NCBI GenBank assembly: GCA_017654855.1
Contig: CM030336.1
Location: forward strand, 1,240,001 to 1,304,000
DNA length: 64,000 nt
Direction: 5' to 3'
Source: Podospora anserina
Taxonomy: Eukaryota
Shown here piece by piece: positions 49,422 to 60,250 of this stretch. Every line of letters begins with the position of its first letter. Position 1 is the stretch's first letter. A program made the translations under genes and the position numbers. The notes under the pieces were generated by a model. That model saw nothing but the letters and a program-made list of their open reading frames with translations. It was not told where the DNA came from and ran no database searches.

Positions 49422-52400
49422 ATGAACGACGGCGACCACGACCGCCCCTCCCGGCCGAGCACCGCCCATTGGATCGGCGACACAGAGTCTACCGATAACA
49501 AACGGCCCGCCACCTCCGCTTCCGCCAGAGGAAGCAATCTCAAGCCCGAAAACATCCCTCCACTACACCCGCCCTCCGCCCTCGCCGTGCCCGAGACCAG
49601 CTATTTTGACAGCCCTAGCGGTGATCTAAGACACTCCGATTCCCAGGCCGAGATCGCTGTTCGACAGCACCTGCAAGACATCGAGTCTAGCTTTGACGCC
49701 CCTCTGTCACCCATTCCCTCGACCAGCAATGGCTTTGACGATACGTTTGTCTTCGACTCGCCGTCAAAGAAGCCGGCTGCACCATTGCCGAAGGCGCCTG
49801 CAGATGATGCCGACGAGTCGCAGATGCTACCCGTCCCGAGTCGAACGGCTTCCGGTACATCCAATAACGCTGACGTGTCCGAGCTAACCGAGTCTGGCAA
49901 CGACGAAAAGCAGGAGGATACCAGCAAGGCGACGCGGTCGTTGGAGGCATTTTCTTCCTCTCCGACAGCGGCTGCTGCGGCGCGGACGATATCGAGAGCC
50001 TTTTCCGAGGCCGTGTCCACCAACGCCGACACCAGCCCTGACAGGACGAACCCTCCCGAAGACGAGCCTTACCTTAATCATTCTACCGAAAGCTCTCTGG
50101 TCATACCGCCGAGCAAGGAAGAACCAGCCCACCACAACGATCAAGAAACCAATTGGCAGCGGGCATCAGTCGACACAGGGAGCGTCAACAGCCAGGCGAT
50201 GAAGTCTGCCAGCCGTCCCAAGTTCCTCCGGAGTCGAAACGCTAGTCAACGTTCGTCCGTGTCGTCGGCCCTCACCGATCCTGAGAGCGACAATACCGTG
50301 GGAATTGGAGATTATGCGCTCCAATCAGGGGGCGCCGTTCCCTCGCTGGGCATGCCCCGCAATTTCAACAGCTTTCTCTCCCGGTCTATCAGCATGGGCA
50401 GCATGGCTAGCGGAGTTGATGACATGCACGATCACATCGGGCCCAGCGTCGGTCAACTCGAAACCCTGGACGAAGTCGACTCGAGCCTCTCACCCCAACC
50501 ACAACCACCACCACACAGACGAGCACCACGTGTCGACGACGAAGAGGATGACGATGATGTGCTGCGAACCCCAACCCAATCCAAATCCTCGGCTGCGCTT
50601 GCCGCCCCGACCGATACTGTGCTCGCCCGACATGTTAGAGACGTACACGTGCCAGAATCGCTGGCGAAAGAATACAAGTCCAAGGGGGGGCTGACGACGC
50701 CGGGAAGGTCCGTCACGTTTGATAATGTCAATCTTGGGGCGTCCACGACGAGTCGGCATGGCAAGAGCCTGACGCTCAAGGAGCAGAGCAGCACCATTGA
50801 GCGGCTGAGCAAGGAGAACTTTGACCTCAAGCTCAAGGTTATGTTTTTGAGCGACCGTCTGGATAAGCTCTCTGAAGAGGGTATTAAGGAGATGATCTCG
50901 GAGAATGTGGAGCTCAAGACTGGGTTGGCGGTGTTGCAGCGGGATAACAAGGTGTTGCGGAGGCGGGTGAAGGAGCTGGAGAAGCAATTGAAGGACGAAG
51001 ACGAACGGCCGGGGACAGCTAAGAGCGCCGGGTCTGAGGATGAGGATGCGCATGACAGGGAGGAGGAGCTGATCTACCTGAGAGAACAAATGGAGGAGTA
51101 CGTCACGGAAATTGAGAGGCTACGGAATGAGAACCTTAACAGGGAAGCGGAGAAGAGAAAGATGGCCGAGCTTATCAAGACTTTGGGAGAAAGGGCCGGC
51201 GAGAGAATGGGCGAGAATCTGGGCCGACAAGAGGAAGCGGATGTCTGGAAGGATTTGTTGGAACAAGAGACTGCCAGGAGAGAACAAAGCGACGAGGATA
51301 ATCGCCGGCTACGCGACGAGGTATTCCGGTTGAAGCAGGAGATGGCCCAACAAATGGGGCTACCAACAAGCTCATCATCTAGCTTCCACCACAGCAGGAG
51401 GCACGCACCATTCTCACCCGCAGCACGACCACCGACAGCCTCGTTTTCGTCCCAGGATATGGACAACGCAACAACTGTGAGTGTCACACTGGTTGATGAC
51501 CTACGCCGGGAGAGTGAACAGTTGCGCCACGAGAACGCTGAGCTCCGCCGAGAAGTGGGCGCCCAGACCTCGATGTTGACGTCCAGGAACCGAGAGAAGG
51601 AGCGCTTGTACCAAGAGATTGAAGATCTCAAGATGGCCCAACGACGAGGCGGCCCAGCCCCATCGACTATCGACAGTCTCTTGGAACGGTCGGCATCCCG
51701 GGCTGGTGTTCACGAGCGGTCCCATTCACGCATTAGCGGCGGTGCCACGACAGTTCTCGACGACCTGGACCGGGATGAGCTCGAGGAGAAGCTGGCCGAG
51801 CTGCGTGACAAGAACAACGAGCTCAAGCTGCAGAATCAAGATCTGCAACGAGAGTTGGATGCCTGCATGGAAGACTTCGAGACCGCGGTGGAAGCTAAGA
51901 AGCAAGCCGAGGAGCTGGTCGCCGCCCTGCAAGAGGATATTGACGCCGCTATGAACGACTTGATGGCCCTCCAGGCGGAGCGTGACGAAGCACTGCAAGA
52001 GCATGCCAACCTCGAGGCCGAATTCGAAGCCTTGCGTAAGGAAGCACAAGAAGAGATTGATGCCCTGGAGGGAGAAGCAGACCAACGTACCGGCGAGATC
52101 GAGAGACTCCAGCTTGACCTCAATGACCGCACCGAAAACTTTGACGCCTTGCAGGAAGAGATGCGTAAGATGAGCGATGCACTTGTCAGACTGGAAGATG
52201 AGCAGGAGTCCAAGATTCGCCGGATCTCCCAACTGGAGCAAGAGCTCGGCGACGCCAACAGGGAGTTGGAGGAACTCGAGCTTAAGCTGCTCGAAGCCAA
52301 CGACAAGGCTAACCGCCTGTCGGTGCAGCAAGAGTCCAGCCAGGGCGAGATTGCCTTCTTGCGAGAAGAGCAGGAGGGAGACAAGATCCGGATTGGAGAC

Positions 52401-54233
52401 CTCGAGGCTGCTCTCGCTAATGTCGAGCAGAGCCTGCGGGATGAGAAGGATCGTGCCAGGGAGCTGGAGCAACGTCTCGCTACCGAGAGGAGACAACGCG
52501 AGATTGTCGCCAACAAGGAGAAGGAAGAGGTTCAGCAGTTTGTCAACGAACTCAACCGGGAGGCATCGACGGCCAAGGACGAGGCTCGGAGACTCCGGAA
52601 GAGTCTGTCGAGCCGGGAGGTCGAAGCCACCGAGTGGAAGGAGAGATTACTGGAGCTCGAAAACAACTTGCGCGAGGCGTTGGGTGACTTGAGCGGTACT
52701 AGGTCCAGCTTGCTCAAGGTGGGTCCCCTGGCCGTGACGCTTCGTGGAAGGTCTTGGCTAACGCTTTTTCAGAACATCGCCAAGATGCAACGGGATCTCG
52801 AAAACACTGTCCGCGACCTCGACTCTACCAAGGCCTCGCTCGTCGAGAAGGATCGCATCATCAAGCAGCGTGATGCTCTACTCGAGTCTCACAGCCACGA
52901 AACCCGGAAGCTGGCCGAGATGCTCGACAAGGAGCGGGCCGCCCACCGCAACGTCAAGAACCAGTTTGAGACGTTCCAAAAGACGCACTCTCATGTCACC
53001 CGCACGGTTAGCTCCCAAGATTCGCGGATCATGGAGCTCGAGGCCCAAAAGGCTGCAGACAAGAAGCGCATCTCTCAGTTGGAGAGCAGCTTCAAGGAGC
53101 AGCTTACGGAGCGCAACAACCTGTTGCTCATTCTCTGGACCCGTCTGTCCACCCTTTGTGGTTCAGATTGGGCACATGACAACAGCCTCATCAACGGGCG
53201 TGCCTTGCCCAGTCTGGAGGCTGTTTCGACCATGCTTCCCGGTTTCAGCAAGAACCTGATGGCGGCTGTCAAGATGATTGAGACAATGATTGGCAACTTC
53301 CAGACGAAGATCAAGTCGGTCGAAAAGGACCTCTGGAAAGAGTACCAGACTCTGGAAGGGCTGCTGGATCAGCGAACCAAGAAGCTCGACAGGCTGGAGT
53401 CCATTGTGCGCAACAACATTGCCACCGGACAACTCAGTAGCCACAGCCACTCTTCGCGTGACGCGGACAAACTTGCTCGCTTGGAGGAGGCGTACAGACA
53501 GCTCAAAGTAGAATGCCACACCTTGCGGACAGCTGCGGAGGTTAGAGCCCGGCAGGCTTACGCGGCGACTGGTGATCCGAATGGGTTGCATGATCCCACC
53601 TCTCCAGTTGGGGGGAGCCCATCCCCTTCTGTGCCCACTGGCCCCAAGGCTAAGAGCCGGATCCCCAAGACGGGCAGCAGGGGGAGTTCGCTTGGACGGA
53701 CGGGCGCACCTGTACCGTCTCGTTCCTCAAGCCAGTTCCACTCTCACTCGTCGAGGACCCATCTCGCGGCTGATGAGTTTGGGATGCTGTCTCCTGACGG
53801 GGGTAGTAATCCTGCAAACAACAGCAACGGGACTACGCCCCACCACACGGACAATGAAGCTCCTACCTCACCACTACATCAACAGGACAAGACACCGAGG
53901 GAGAGCTTGACCAACCAAGCAGCTGGTTCTAATACGGCTTCGGTTGCTGGTTCACAAGGTGGGACGGGGCAGTCGATGGAGAATAAATGGATGCTGAGAC
54001 TACGGGATCTGGAGTATAAGCTCAAGGCGGAGAGGGAGGGGAGGATACTGGATCGGGGGGAGGCGATGAAGAGGATTAATGCTAGTGAGAGTGAGAATAT
54101 GGCGTTGAGGGAGAATCTGGAACGGGAGAGGAGGAGGCAGTTGCAGTTGAGTCAGCAGGGGGAGAGGGAGCGGGAGAGGGGGGAGAGGGAGAGGGAGAGG
54201 GGGGAGAAGGGGGATAAAGGACAGGGCAGGTAG
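49422..54233 (+). CDS. apsB: ApsB/Mto1 centrosomin-like gamma-tubulin complex receptor
   Basis: CM1 motif LTLKEQSSTIERLSKENFDLKLKVMFL, long coiled coil, C-terminal WMLRLRDLEYKLKAEREGR. Probable 54-nt intron 52719-52772. ATG chosen at 49422. Confidence 0.88.
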   Translation: MNDGDHDRPSRPSTAHWIGDTESTDNKRPATSASARGSNLKPENIPPLHPPSALAVPETSYFDSPSGDLRHSDSQAEIAVRQHLQDIESSFDAPLSPIPSTSNGFDDTFVFDSPSKKPAAPLPKAPADDADESQMLPVPSRTASGTSNNADVSELTESGNDEKQEDTSKATRSLEAFSSSPTAAAAARTISRAFSEAVSTNADTSPDRTNPPEDEPYLNHSTESSLVIPPSKEEPAHHNDQETNWQRASVDTGSVNSQAMKSASRPKFLRSRNASQRSSVSSALTDPESDNTVGIGDYALQSGGAVPSLGMPRNFNSFLSRSISMGSMASGVDDMHDHIGPSVGQLETLDEVDSSLSPQPQPPPHRRAPRVDDEEDDDDVLRTPTQSKSSAALAAPTDTVLARHVRDVHVPESLAKEYKSKGGLTTPGRSVTFDNVNLGASTTSRHGKSLTLKEQSSTIERLSKENFDLKLKVMFLSDRLDKLSEEGIKEMISENVELKTGLAVLQRDNKVLRRRVKELEKQLKDEDERPGTAKSAGSEDEDAHDREEELIYLREQMEEYVTEIERLRNENLNREAEKRKMAELIKTLGERAGERMGENLGRQEEADVWKDLLEQETARREQSDEDNRRLRDEVFRLKQEMAQQMGLPTSSSSSFHHSRRHAPFSPAARPPTASFSSQDMDNATTVSVTLVDDLRRESEQLRHENAELRREVGAQTSMLTSRNREKERLYQEIEDLKMAQRRGGPAPSTIDSLLERSASRAGVHERSHSRISGGATTVLDDLDRDELEEKLAELRDKNNELKLQNQDLQRELDACMEDFETAVEAKKQAEELVAALQEDIDAAMNDLMALQAERDEALQEHANLEAEFEALRKEAQEEIDALEGEADQRTGEIERLQLDLNDRTENFDALQEEMRKMSDALVRLEDEQESKIRRISQLEQELGDANRELEELELKLLEANDKANRLSVQQESSQGEIAFLREEQEGDKIRIGDLEAALANVEQSLRDEKDRARELEQRLATERRQREIVANKEKEEVQQFVNELNREASTAKDEARRLRKSLSSREVEATEWKERLLELENNLREALGDLSGTRSSLLKVGPLAVTLRGRSWLTLFQNIAKMQRDLENTVRDLDSTKASLVEKDRIIKQRDALLESHSHETRKLAEMLDKERAAHRNVKNQFETFQKTHSHVTRTVSSQDSRIMELEAQKAADKKRISQLESSFKEQLTERNNLLLILWTRLSTLCGSDWAHDNSLINGRALPSLEAVSTMLPGFSKNLMAAVKMIETMIGNFQTKIKSVEKDLWKEYQTLEGLLDQRTKKLDRLESIVRNNIATGQLSSHSHSSRDADKLARLEEAYRQLKVECHTLRTAAEVRARQAYAATGDPNGLHDPTSPVGGSPSPSVPTGPKAKSRIPKTGSRGSSLGRTGAPVPSRSSSQFHSHSSRTHLAADEFGMLSPDGGSNPANNSNGTTPHHTDNEAPTSPLHQQDKTPRESLTNQAAGSNTASVAGSQGGTGQSMENKWMLRLRDLEYKLKAEREGRILDRGEAMKRINASESENMALRENLERERRRQLQLSQQGERERERGERERERGEKGDKGQGR

Positions 54234-54286
54234 TATGCTGCGCTTTTGAGGGGTAGGGGAGCAGCAACAACAACAACAACAACAAC
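54160..54286 (+). repeat. GAGAGG-type coding repeat and (CAA)n microsatellite
   Basis: ER repeat at the apsB C-terminus; about 7 CAA units in the 3' region. Confidence 0.8.
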
Positions 54287-55633
54287 CGGGAATGGGGTAT
54301 CGTCAGCTGGGTCTTCGTCTGGGGAGGACAGGCAGAGGAAGGGGAGGTTGAAGGTGTGGTTTGGAGTGGGGTGGAAGAGAGGTGGAAGGGATAGTGTTGC
54401 TTGATATTCATTTCTAGGATGGGTTTGAGTTTTCGACTTTTCTTGTTTCAGCAAGCAAGGCGTGCAGCGCGTTTGTTCACGGATTCTGGAAGGGGTTGGT
54501 TTGGTTGGAAGGGATTGATTGGTTCCATGGGTGTTTTATTTCATTTCTCTATTTTGATATCATTTTGAAGAAGTATTGCGAGTTGTTGTTATGGGATGAG
54601 TTTGCTCTACACTTTTTGGGGCTGTAGTTTTGTAGTATTACTCTTTTCCTCTGGATGTGGAAGTTTGGAGTGGGAGACTTGTTGATGTATAAATATCATT
54701 TTGAGCTTTTGCGACACGCAAATCAGTGGCTTGCTGCGCCCATCGAGGCTTGGGGCTTTTGATCAGTCTGTGGTGCAAACTTTACTGTCATTGTGACATC
54801 GACGGCATTGCTTTTTGGTGGTGTAGCTAACGGAAGGGCTTGGTGTAGGTTGTGCAAGCAGCGCTCAAGGCTTTCAGGATGGAGATAACGAGAGATATGT
54901 GGTGTTTTGGGTTCTCGTAGCAGGCCGTCACGAGTCACAATCTCCGGTTTGTGGGGTTTGTCCGGCGGTGCACTTGACCAAACTTTTTCCACTTCCATGG
55001 CGGGAGAGAAAAACCATCGAAGGTTCCATCCAACCCACTGGGGTGCTCCACAGAAGATCGAACTTCGGACAACGTCAACCCCCCGACCTGGTAATAGCAA
55101 GATGGTGTCTGCGTGGGAGGGGGGGGGGAAGGGCGGTGGGCGACAACGTCGGGATTCACATCGGCCAGGCGCAGCTCCTCTTGTTTCCTGCCTCCTCAAT
55201 GCAGTGTCGTTCGCGGGCCTTTCAGTAACATTTCCAGAACGCTCATCCATCGATCTATCGCGAACATGCGGGAGCCTCTCCAGACAGCTTTCCACCATCC
55301 AGCCACCGATACACCAACACGAACAATAGCGGCAAACGGTTGAGGACAAGCTGGAATCCGATTGCCAACGCCACATCCCCACCCACGCATCCAAACGGTG
55401 CCATGTGAACTGCCACCTCGGAAGATATCATGACTGGGCTTTTCTCCCAGGTATAAGTCACACATACCTTCTCTTTCTCTCTTGCCTTTTTGTCTCTATT
55501 GCCTTCCTACCTCTCTTCTCTCTTGCCTCTGTCTCTCCTCTCACTCTTCTCTTTCTTCTCCTTCTCTCTCTTCCAGTACTCAAGCAACAGCAGTACACGT
55601 TAAGGCCATCGCCCTTTGACATCTCATTCGAAA

Positions 55634-57838
55634 ATGGGTCTCCTGGGTCACACACCCAACGGGAAACCAGCCTTTCTCAACCCAAGAATACCTCCGCAGC
55701 GAGCTATTAGGGACCGTCTTCTACGCCAGATCTCCCATCGCTCCGCGCCTATCCGTATGCAAACAGATACCCGTCACCTTTCGCGCAACCCAGGACAAGA
55801 CCTCGACAACGGTTTTGCCTTGCCCAGACAACCAGAATTCGCTCCCTTCGAATTGGACCTCTCGGAACAGAATGGTATGCCGAGCAGTGTGAGGAGAGGT
55901 TCATTGGAGAACCGACAAGCTGAGTCTGACTGGTTGACCAGACTGGTCGAGACAGTCGATTCCTTGCAACAAAAGGGGAATAGCTTGGACAGGTTGGTGG
56001 AGAAACTGTCCAAGATGGCGGATGATGGGGGGCTCAGGCAGGGAACCATGGACACATCCATGCTAGCAATGCTGGTGGCGAACCCTATTTTGCAGATGAT
56101 GAGAGACATGGATAGGGAGGGCTGTGAGGTTACGGACGACATGATTCGGCAGTCAACCGCCGAGATCAGGAAGCTGGCGGGCATAACCGGAAAAGGATTC
56201 AACAAGGTGTTGGCTCAGTTGAGCAAAATGCAAGACACCTCTGTTGACAAGTCGGGCACCCTCAAAGTCACGGCGGAGGAAAAGGCCGAGGTCGAGGCTG
56301 AGCGGGATCTTGCGAGGCAGCGGAACAGCCGTGCCTGCAATCACCTCCCTTCCATCGTGTTCTGGCAGCCTCCGTCCAGTGCAAACAACTCGCTGAGCCA
56401 CCTCGCCAGCAGCAGACTGTGGAACTGGAACCCTATCAACTTTGCGGTCTTTCTGTCGCCCAGCTCTACCGACAACCATGACGACCTCTCGCTCGTCGAC
56501 ACCGCCATGGCAGAAGCTTTCTTCTCCCGAGTTACCTACCGCGTCGCCCGACACAGGCATCACCACTTTCTTGGCTACAGTGAAGTCAGGCTCCCATGCG
56601 AAGCTGAGGGCCAGGGTGCGCTGATTGTCGGCCGGGACCCTCCATCCATTGCTAACTGGGGAGCATGGGCCTGCGTGAATGCCATGTTGCAGGGCGTGGA
56701 TGAGTACTGTTGCTGTCCAGAGGAAGCCAACTACTGCCTGAGGTATCAAGTGTGGCGTATCCCCCCAGGCTCTGTTGGATCGGAGCTAAACGTCTTGAAG
56801 CTGATGTGGTTCGATATTGATCCGCTGCGAACTGGGTGGGATGTCGTGCAGGCCATGGGCAAAAGCTATTGGATCCTGGTCAATTTCGTGCAGCTCTTTG
56901 CGCCTGCGAGGTATGCCACCCAGAATCACCCGCAGTGGTGTGATCTGTCAGCGGTCGAGGGCTTTTTCGTGGCCCTTGTCATTGGTAACTCTTCAGGAAA
57001 ACGCGACGAGTGTTTTCGACAAGCCGAGTACCTCTTGGGAGATGCTGAGTTGGACGGGACTGACAGTGACGGTGTGATCAGCAATCACTGCGATACCAAG
57101 CGGACTACGCCCTCCACCTGGGACCAGGAGCTGCGCCGCGACGGGGACCTGGACAACTGGCGTTGCCTGAACTTTGTATTGGCACTTTCACAGGATCAGG
57201 CCGAGGCGCATCGGCGCACTGCGCGGACCCGACGGGGTCAGCGGGCGCCAGATAGCTGGAGCGTAGAACTATGCTGTTGTCCGGAACGCACCCCATTTTG
57301 TCTGGCCATCCGACTGGACAACCAGAGGGACACCAGCGGTGAGAACTACAAGTTGGTTCGAATCAAGTGGATCATGCGGAGCGACAGGCTGTACGAGGCT
57401 AATCGGCTGTTGCAATCACCCGTCTGGCCCATCATGAACCGTGAGGCTGAGGAGAGACTGAAGGTGGTATTCCAAACAGAGGTCCCGGAAGAGTGTGACA
57501 ACTGTAAGGCGGATCAGGACGACGAGGAGACGGACGAAGATGAAGACAATGATGAAGAGATGAGAGAAACTGAGCAAAAGGAAACCATGTCGCCCCTTTT
57601 CAGCGAGAGTGATGATGATGATGGCGAGGAAGATCAGGATGGATCACCTGACACTCTGGACTTTACACGCGCCTACTCTCCTCGTCGATCGCTGCCTAGG
57701 GGGGCCGAGCGGAGACCATGGTCTGGTGAGGAGGAAGGGGAGGATCAGGCCAGGAGCAAACGGCGTCGGGTGGATATCACAACCGAGATCAGTGGGTTGA
57801 AGGGGATCGCTAAAACCCTGAAGCTCCCTCTCCCTTAA
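55634..57838 (+). CDS. Hypothetical protein (about 700 aa) with duplicated CCCPE motif and acidic tail
   Basis: Long intronless ORF; YCCCPEEANYCL and LCCCPERTPFCL; acidic tail and KRRR NLS-like motif. Start uncertain (55634 or 55757). Confidence 0.75.
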   Translation: MGLLGHTPNGKPAFLNPRIPPQRAIRDRLLRQISHRSAPIRMQTDTRHLSRNPGQDLDNGFALPRQPEFAPFELDLSEQNGMPSSVRRGSLENRQAESDWLTRLVETVDSLQQKGNSLDRLVEKLSKMADDGGLRQGTMDTSMLAMLVANPILQMMRDMDREGCEVTDDMIRQSTAEIRKLAGITGKGFNKVLAQLSKMQDTSVDKSGTLKVTAEEKAEVEAERDLARQRNSRACNHLPSIVFWQPPSSANNSLSHLASSRLWNWNPINFAVFLSPSSTDNHDDLSLVDTAMAEAFFSRVTYRVARHRHHHFLGYSEVRLPCEAEGQGALIVGRDPPSIANWGAWACVNAMLQGVDEYCCCPEEANYCLRYQVWRIPPGSVGSELNVLKLMWFDIDPLRTGWDVVQAMGKSYWILVNFVQLFAPARYATQNHPQWCDLSAVEGFFVALVIGNSSGKRDECFRQAEYLLGDAELDGTDSDGVISNHCDTKRTTPSTWDQELRRDGDLDNWRCLNFVLALSQDQAEAHRRTARTRRGQRAPDSWSVELCCCPERTPFCLAIRLDNQRDTSGENYKLVRIKWIMRSDRLYEANRLLQSPVWPIMNREAEERLKVVFQTEVPEECDNCKADQDDEETDEDEDNDEEMRETEQKETMSPLFSESDDDDGEEDQDGSPDTLDFTRAYSPRRSLPRGAERRPWSGEEEGEDQARSKRRRVDITTEISGLKGIAKTLKLPLP

Positions 57839-57989
57839 AGAGAAGGAGAAATCTCAAGACGGTGTTGATAAATGGTTATAGACTGTTAAGTGTTATAGGA
57901 TGATATCTGGGTTAGTGTTTATTTTCAGATGAACGTGGGACGCGGAAAGGTCTAATGGGTTACGAGGAAGTTTGGATAATCTTGGTATA

Positions 57990-59828
57990 ACGTACATTAT
58001 AAGCGAGTGCACCATATAAGCGAGTGCACCATATAAGCGAGTGCACCACTTTCCACCACCCTACGAATACTATCCTCAATTACACCACATCAACACAAGG
58101 AATTAACTATAATTACATCAGAAACAGCTGAATCAGATGCTTCTGCAGCCTCCTGGCAAGTGCGCGCATTATGGCCAGGCTTACCGCATACACCACAGCA
58201 CTGAACCTTCGTACGAGCCCCCCCCTGCATTACTACTATCCGGCTGCGTTTCTTACACTCCCTCCTTATCCACGGCCTTCTAATCCAGTAGATCCTGTGC
58301 CTCTTTTACAGTAAGTGACCCTCTAAGCCTCATACGTATTTTTTTTTAGCTCTCTGGCGCTTACTTAGTGCCTTATTGGCCTTACGGAGTAAAGAAACCT
58401 CTATATAAAGGAAAGCTATTTAGTATATTATAGCCGTTATACCCTTAGTAAATTAATTTACCGTAGTTAGTATTAAAGTCGGAGAATTATTTTAATAGTT
58501 AGTAATACGAGTTTTAATAAACGTTAATTATAAATTAGTTTTTTAAGGGTTATATAGTATTTAGGAGAACTAAGGTTATATAGTGCCGGGCCGTAAGTTT
58601 AGAGGTATTAATGTATAAAGCTTTATATTTAATTTAGAAAATACTTTTTTTAGATTGTACGGTATAAAGTTAATACCCGTAAAGCTATTTTATATAATTT
58701 TTTTTATTATAGAAACGAAAAAAGTTTCGCGGAAGGTATAAAGAAACTTAAATTTATTTATATAATTAATATATATATATATTAAGTCCTTAATTTAATA
58801 ATTATATATTTATTTTAATAACTTAAAGTAATTAATATTAAATAATTAAAGAAAGTAGAAGGAGTATAGAGATATATAAAGTATAATAATATTATTTTAT
58901 TAATAATAATATTTAAATTTAATCGATTAATAACTTTTATAGCCGTTAAAAATTAATAATTAATATTTATCCTTTATATAAAACGCTATATAATAATTAA
59001 AATATTTAATTTAATTATTATTAATAATTATAATATATTAAATAAATAGTAGTTTATTTTTAATATATTAATTAGTAAAATAATATTATATAATTAAAAT
59101 AATAAAAAGAAAAATAGTTTAGCCGAAAATATTAATTCCTTAAATTATTATTATTTATTCGCGGTTACTAAACTAAATTAATTTTATTTTACTAAAGCCG
59201 TTTAAAATTATAATTACTATACCTATAAAATTAATATTTATTATAAACCTAGTCTCGTCGAAATTATAAATATCGTTATTTATAATACCGTACTTAACTA
59301 TAGTATTCTATATAAACACAAACCACTCGCTAATAACCTTTAGATCCTCGCACTTAGCCCTTTAATAATCGTACCTATATATATACCGCGTACGGAGCTA
59401 TAGTTAACGTTTAACGAAATTATATACCTAAAGCTTACTAACAGGGGGCGCGTCGCGTATACGCAGTAGTTGGTTAGCTATATCTTCTACACTACGCAAT
59501 CTTAATAGAAAAGCTCGCGCATATAGCTCAATAATATATTGGACAATAACATCCTCTTCGGGTTAAGTAAGCTTCTTCGATTTGGGCGTAGTATCGCGTC
59601 GTGCAGGCCGGCCAGCGCGTCGTCGTAAGAGAGTCGTATGGTGGACGTTATAGATCTTTCTTGCGGCTCGGAGGCTGAGATTTTTATCTTTTTCAAGAGC
59701 TTCGAGGGCTAGGATCACCCTGGCTTCCTTTAAAGTAGGAGGCATATTGGGTTGTGTAGAAAAAGTCGATATTGCGTGGAAGGATGGTGCGTCGCTTAAA
59801 AAGTGGTGCACTCGCTTATAATGTACGT
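57990..59828 (-). mobile_element. pogo/Fot1-type Tc1-mariner DNA transposon, RIP-inactivated (1839 bp)
   Basis: 25-bp TIR ACGTACATTATAAGCGAGTGCACCA (57990-58014) and its reverse complement (59804-59828); TA target duplication on both sides; AT-rich, TpA-rich core. Confidence 0.95.
58090..59745 (-). pseudogene. Fot1-like DDE transposase remnant
   Basis: N-terminal HTH MPPTLKEARVILALEAL...SLRAARKIYNV; C-terminal zinc knuckle CGVCGKPGHNARTC; many stops in between. Confidence 0.9.
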
Positions 59829-60250
59829 TACCTATATTTTGGATAGGTGCGGCATGTATAGTGGAAGTCGGAAGGATTTGATATGTTTACGAGAACATTG
59901 TGGGGCAAGTTTTTGTTTTCTTCTTTATCTAACAATTGAATCTTTTACCTATGACCTACACCTGTACCCAGCCGTAGGCCTTTAATATCAAGCACCTTAT
60001 TCTGTACATGTTTGCATTCTTATCACTTATCTCTGGCGTTTGCAATCTTTAACAGGCGCTTGCACGCCCCATCATCTCCTCCCATGTCGAATTGATTGGA
60101 CAACAACCGCTAGTGTTCGCCACCCCGTTCATGCCCAATATTTTATCCTTCCCCGCCGCCGGGCATTCCCATATCACACACTCATACCTACCTACCTGAT
60201 CTTCCATCCGTCCCGCCTTTTGCGTGTCAGTTCATTCCCACCATCACAAA

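Noticed and set aside
55616-57838. Spok-type meiotic driver (similar length, next to a transposon)
   Set aside because: No resemblance to the Spok N-terminal coiled-coil repeat, nuclease or kinase-like motifs as I recall them.
57998-58048. CRISPR-like direct repeats
   Set aside because: Repeats are contiguous with no spacers and belong to a transposon end in a eukaryotic genome.
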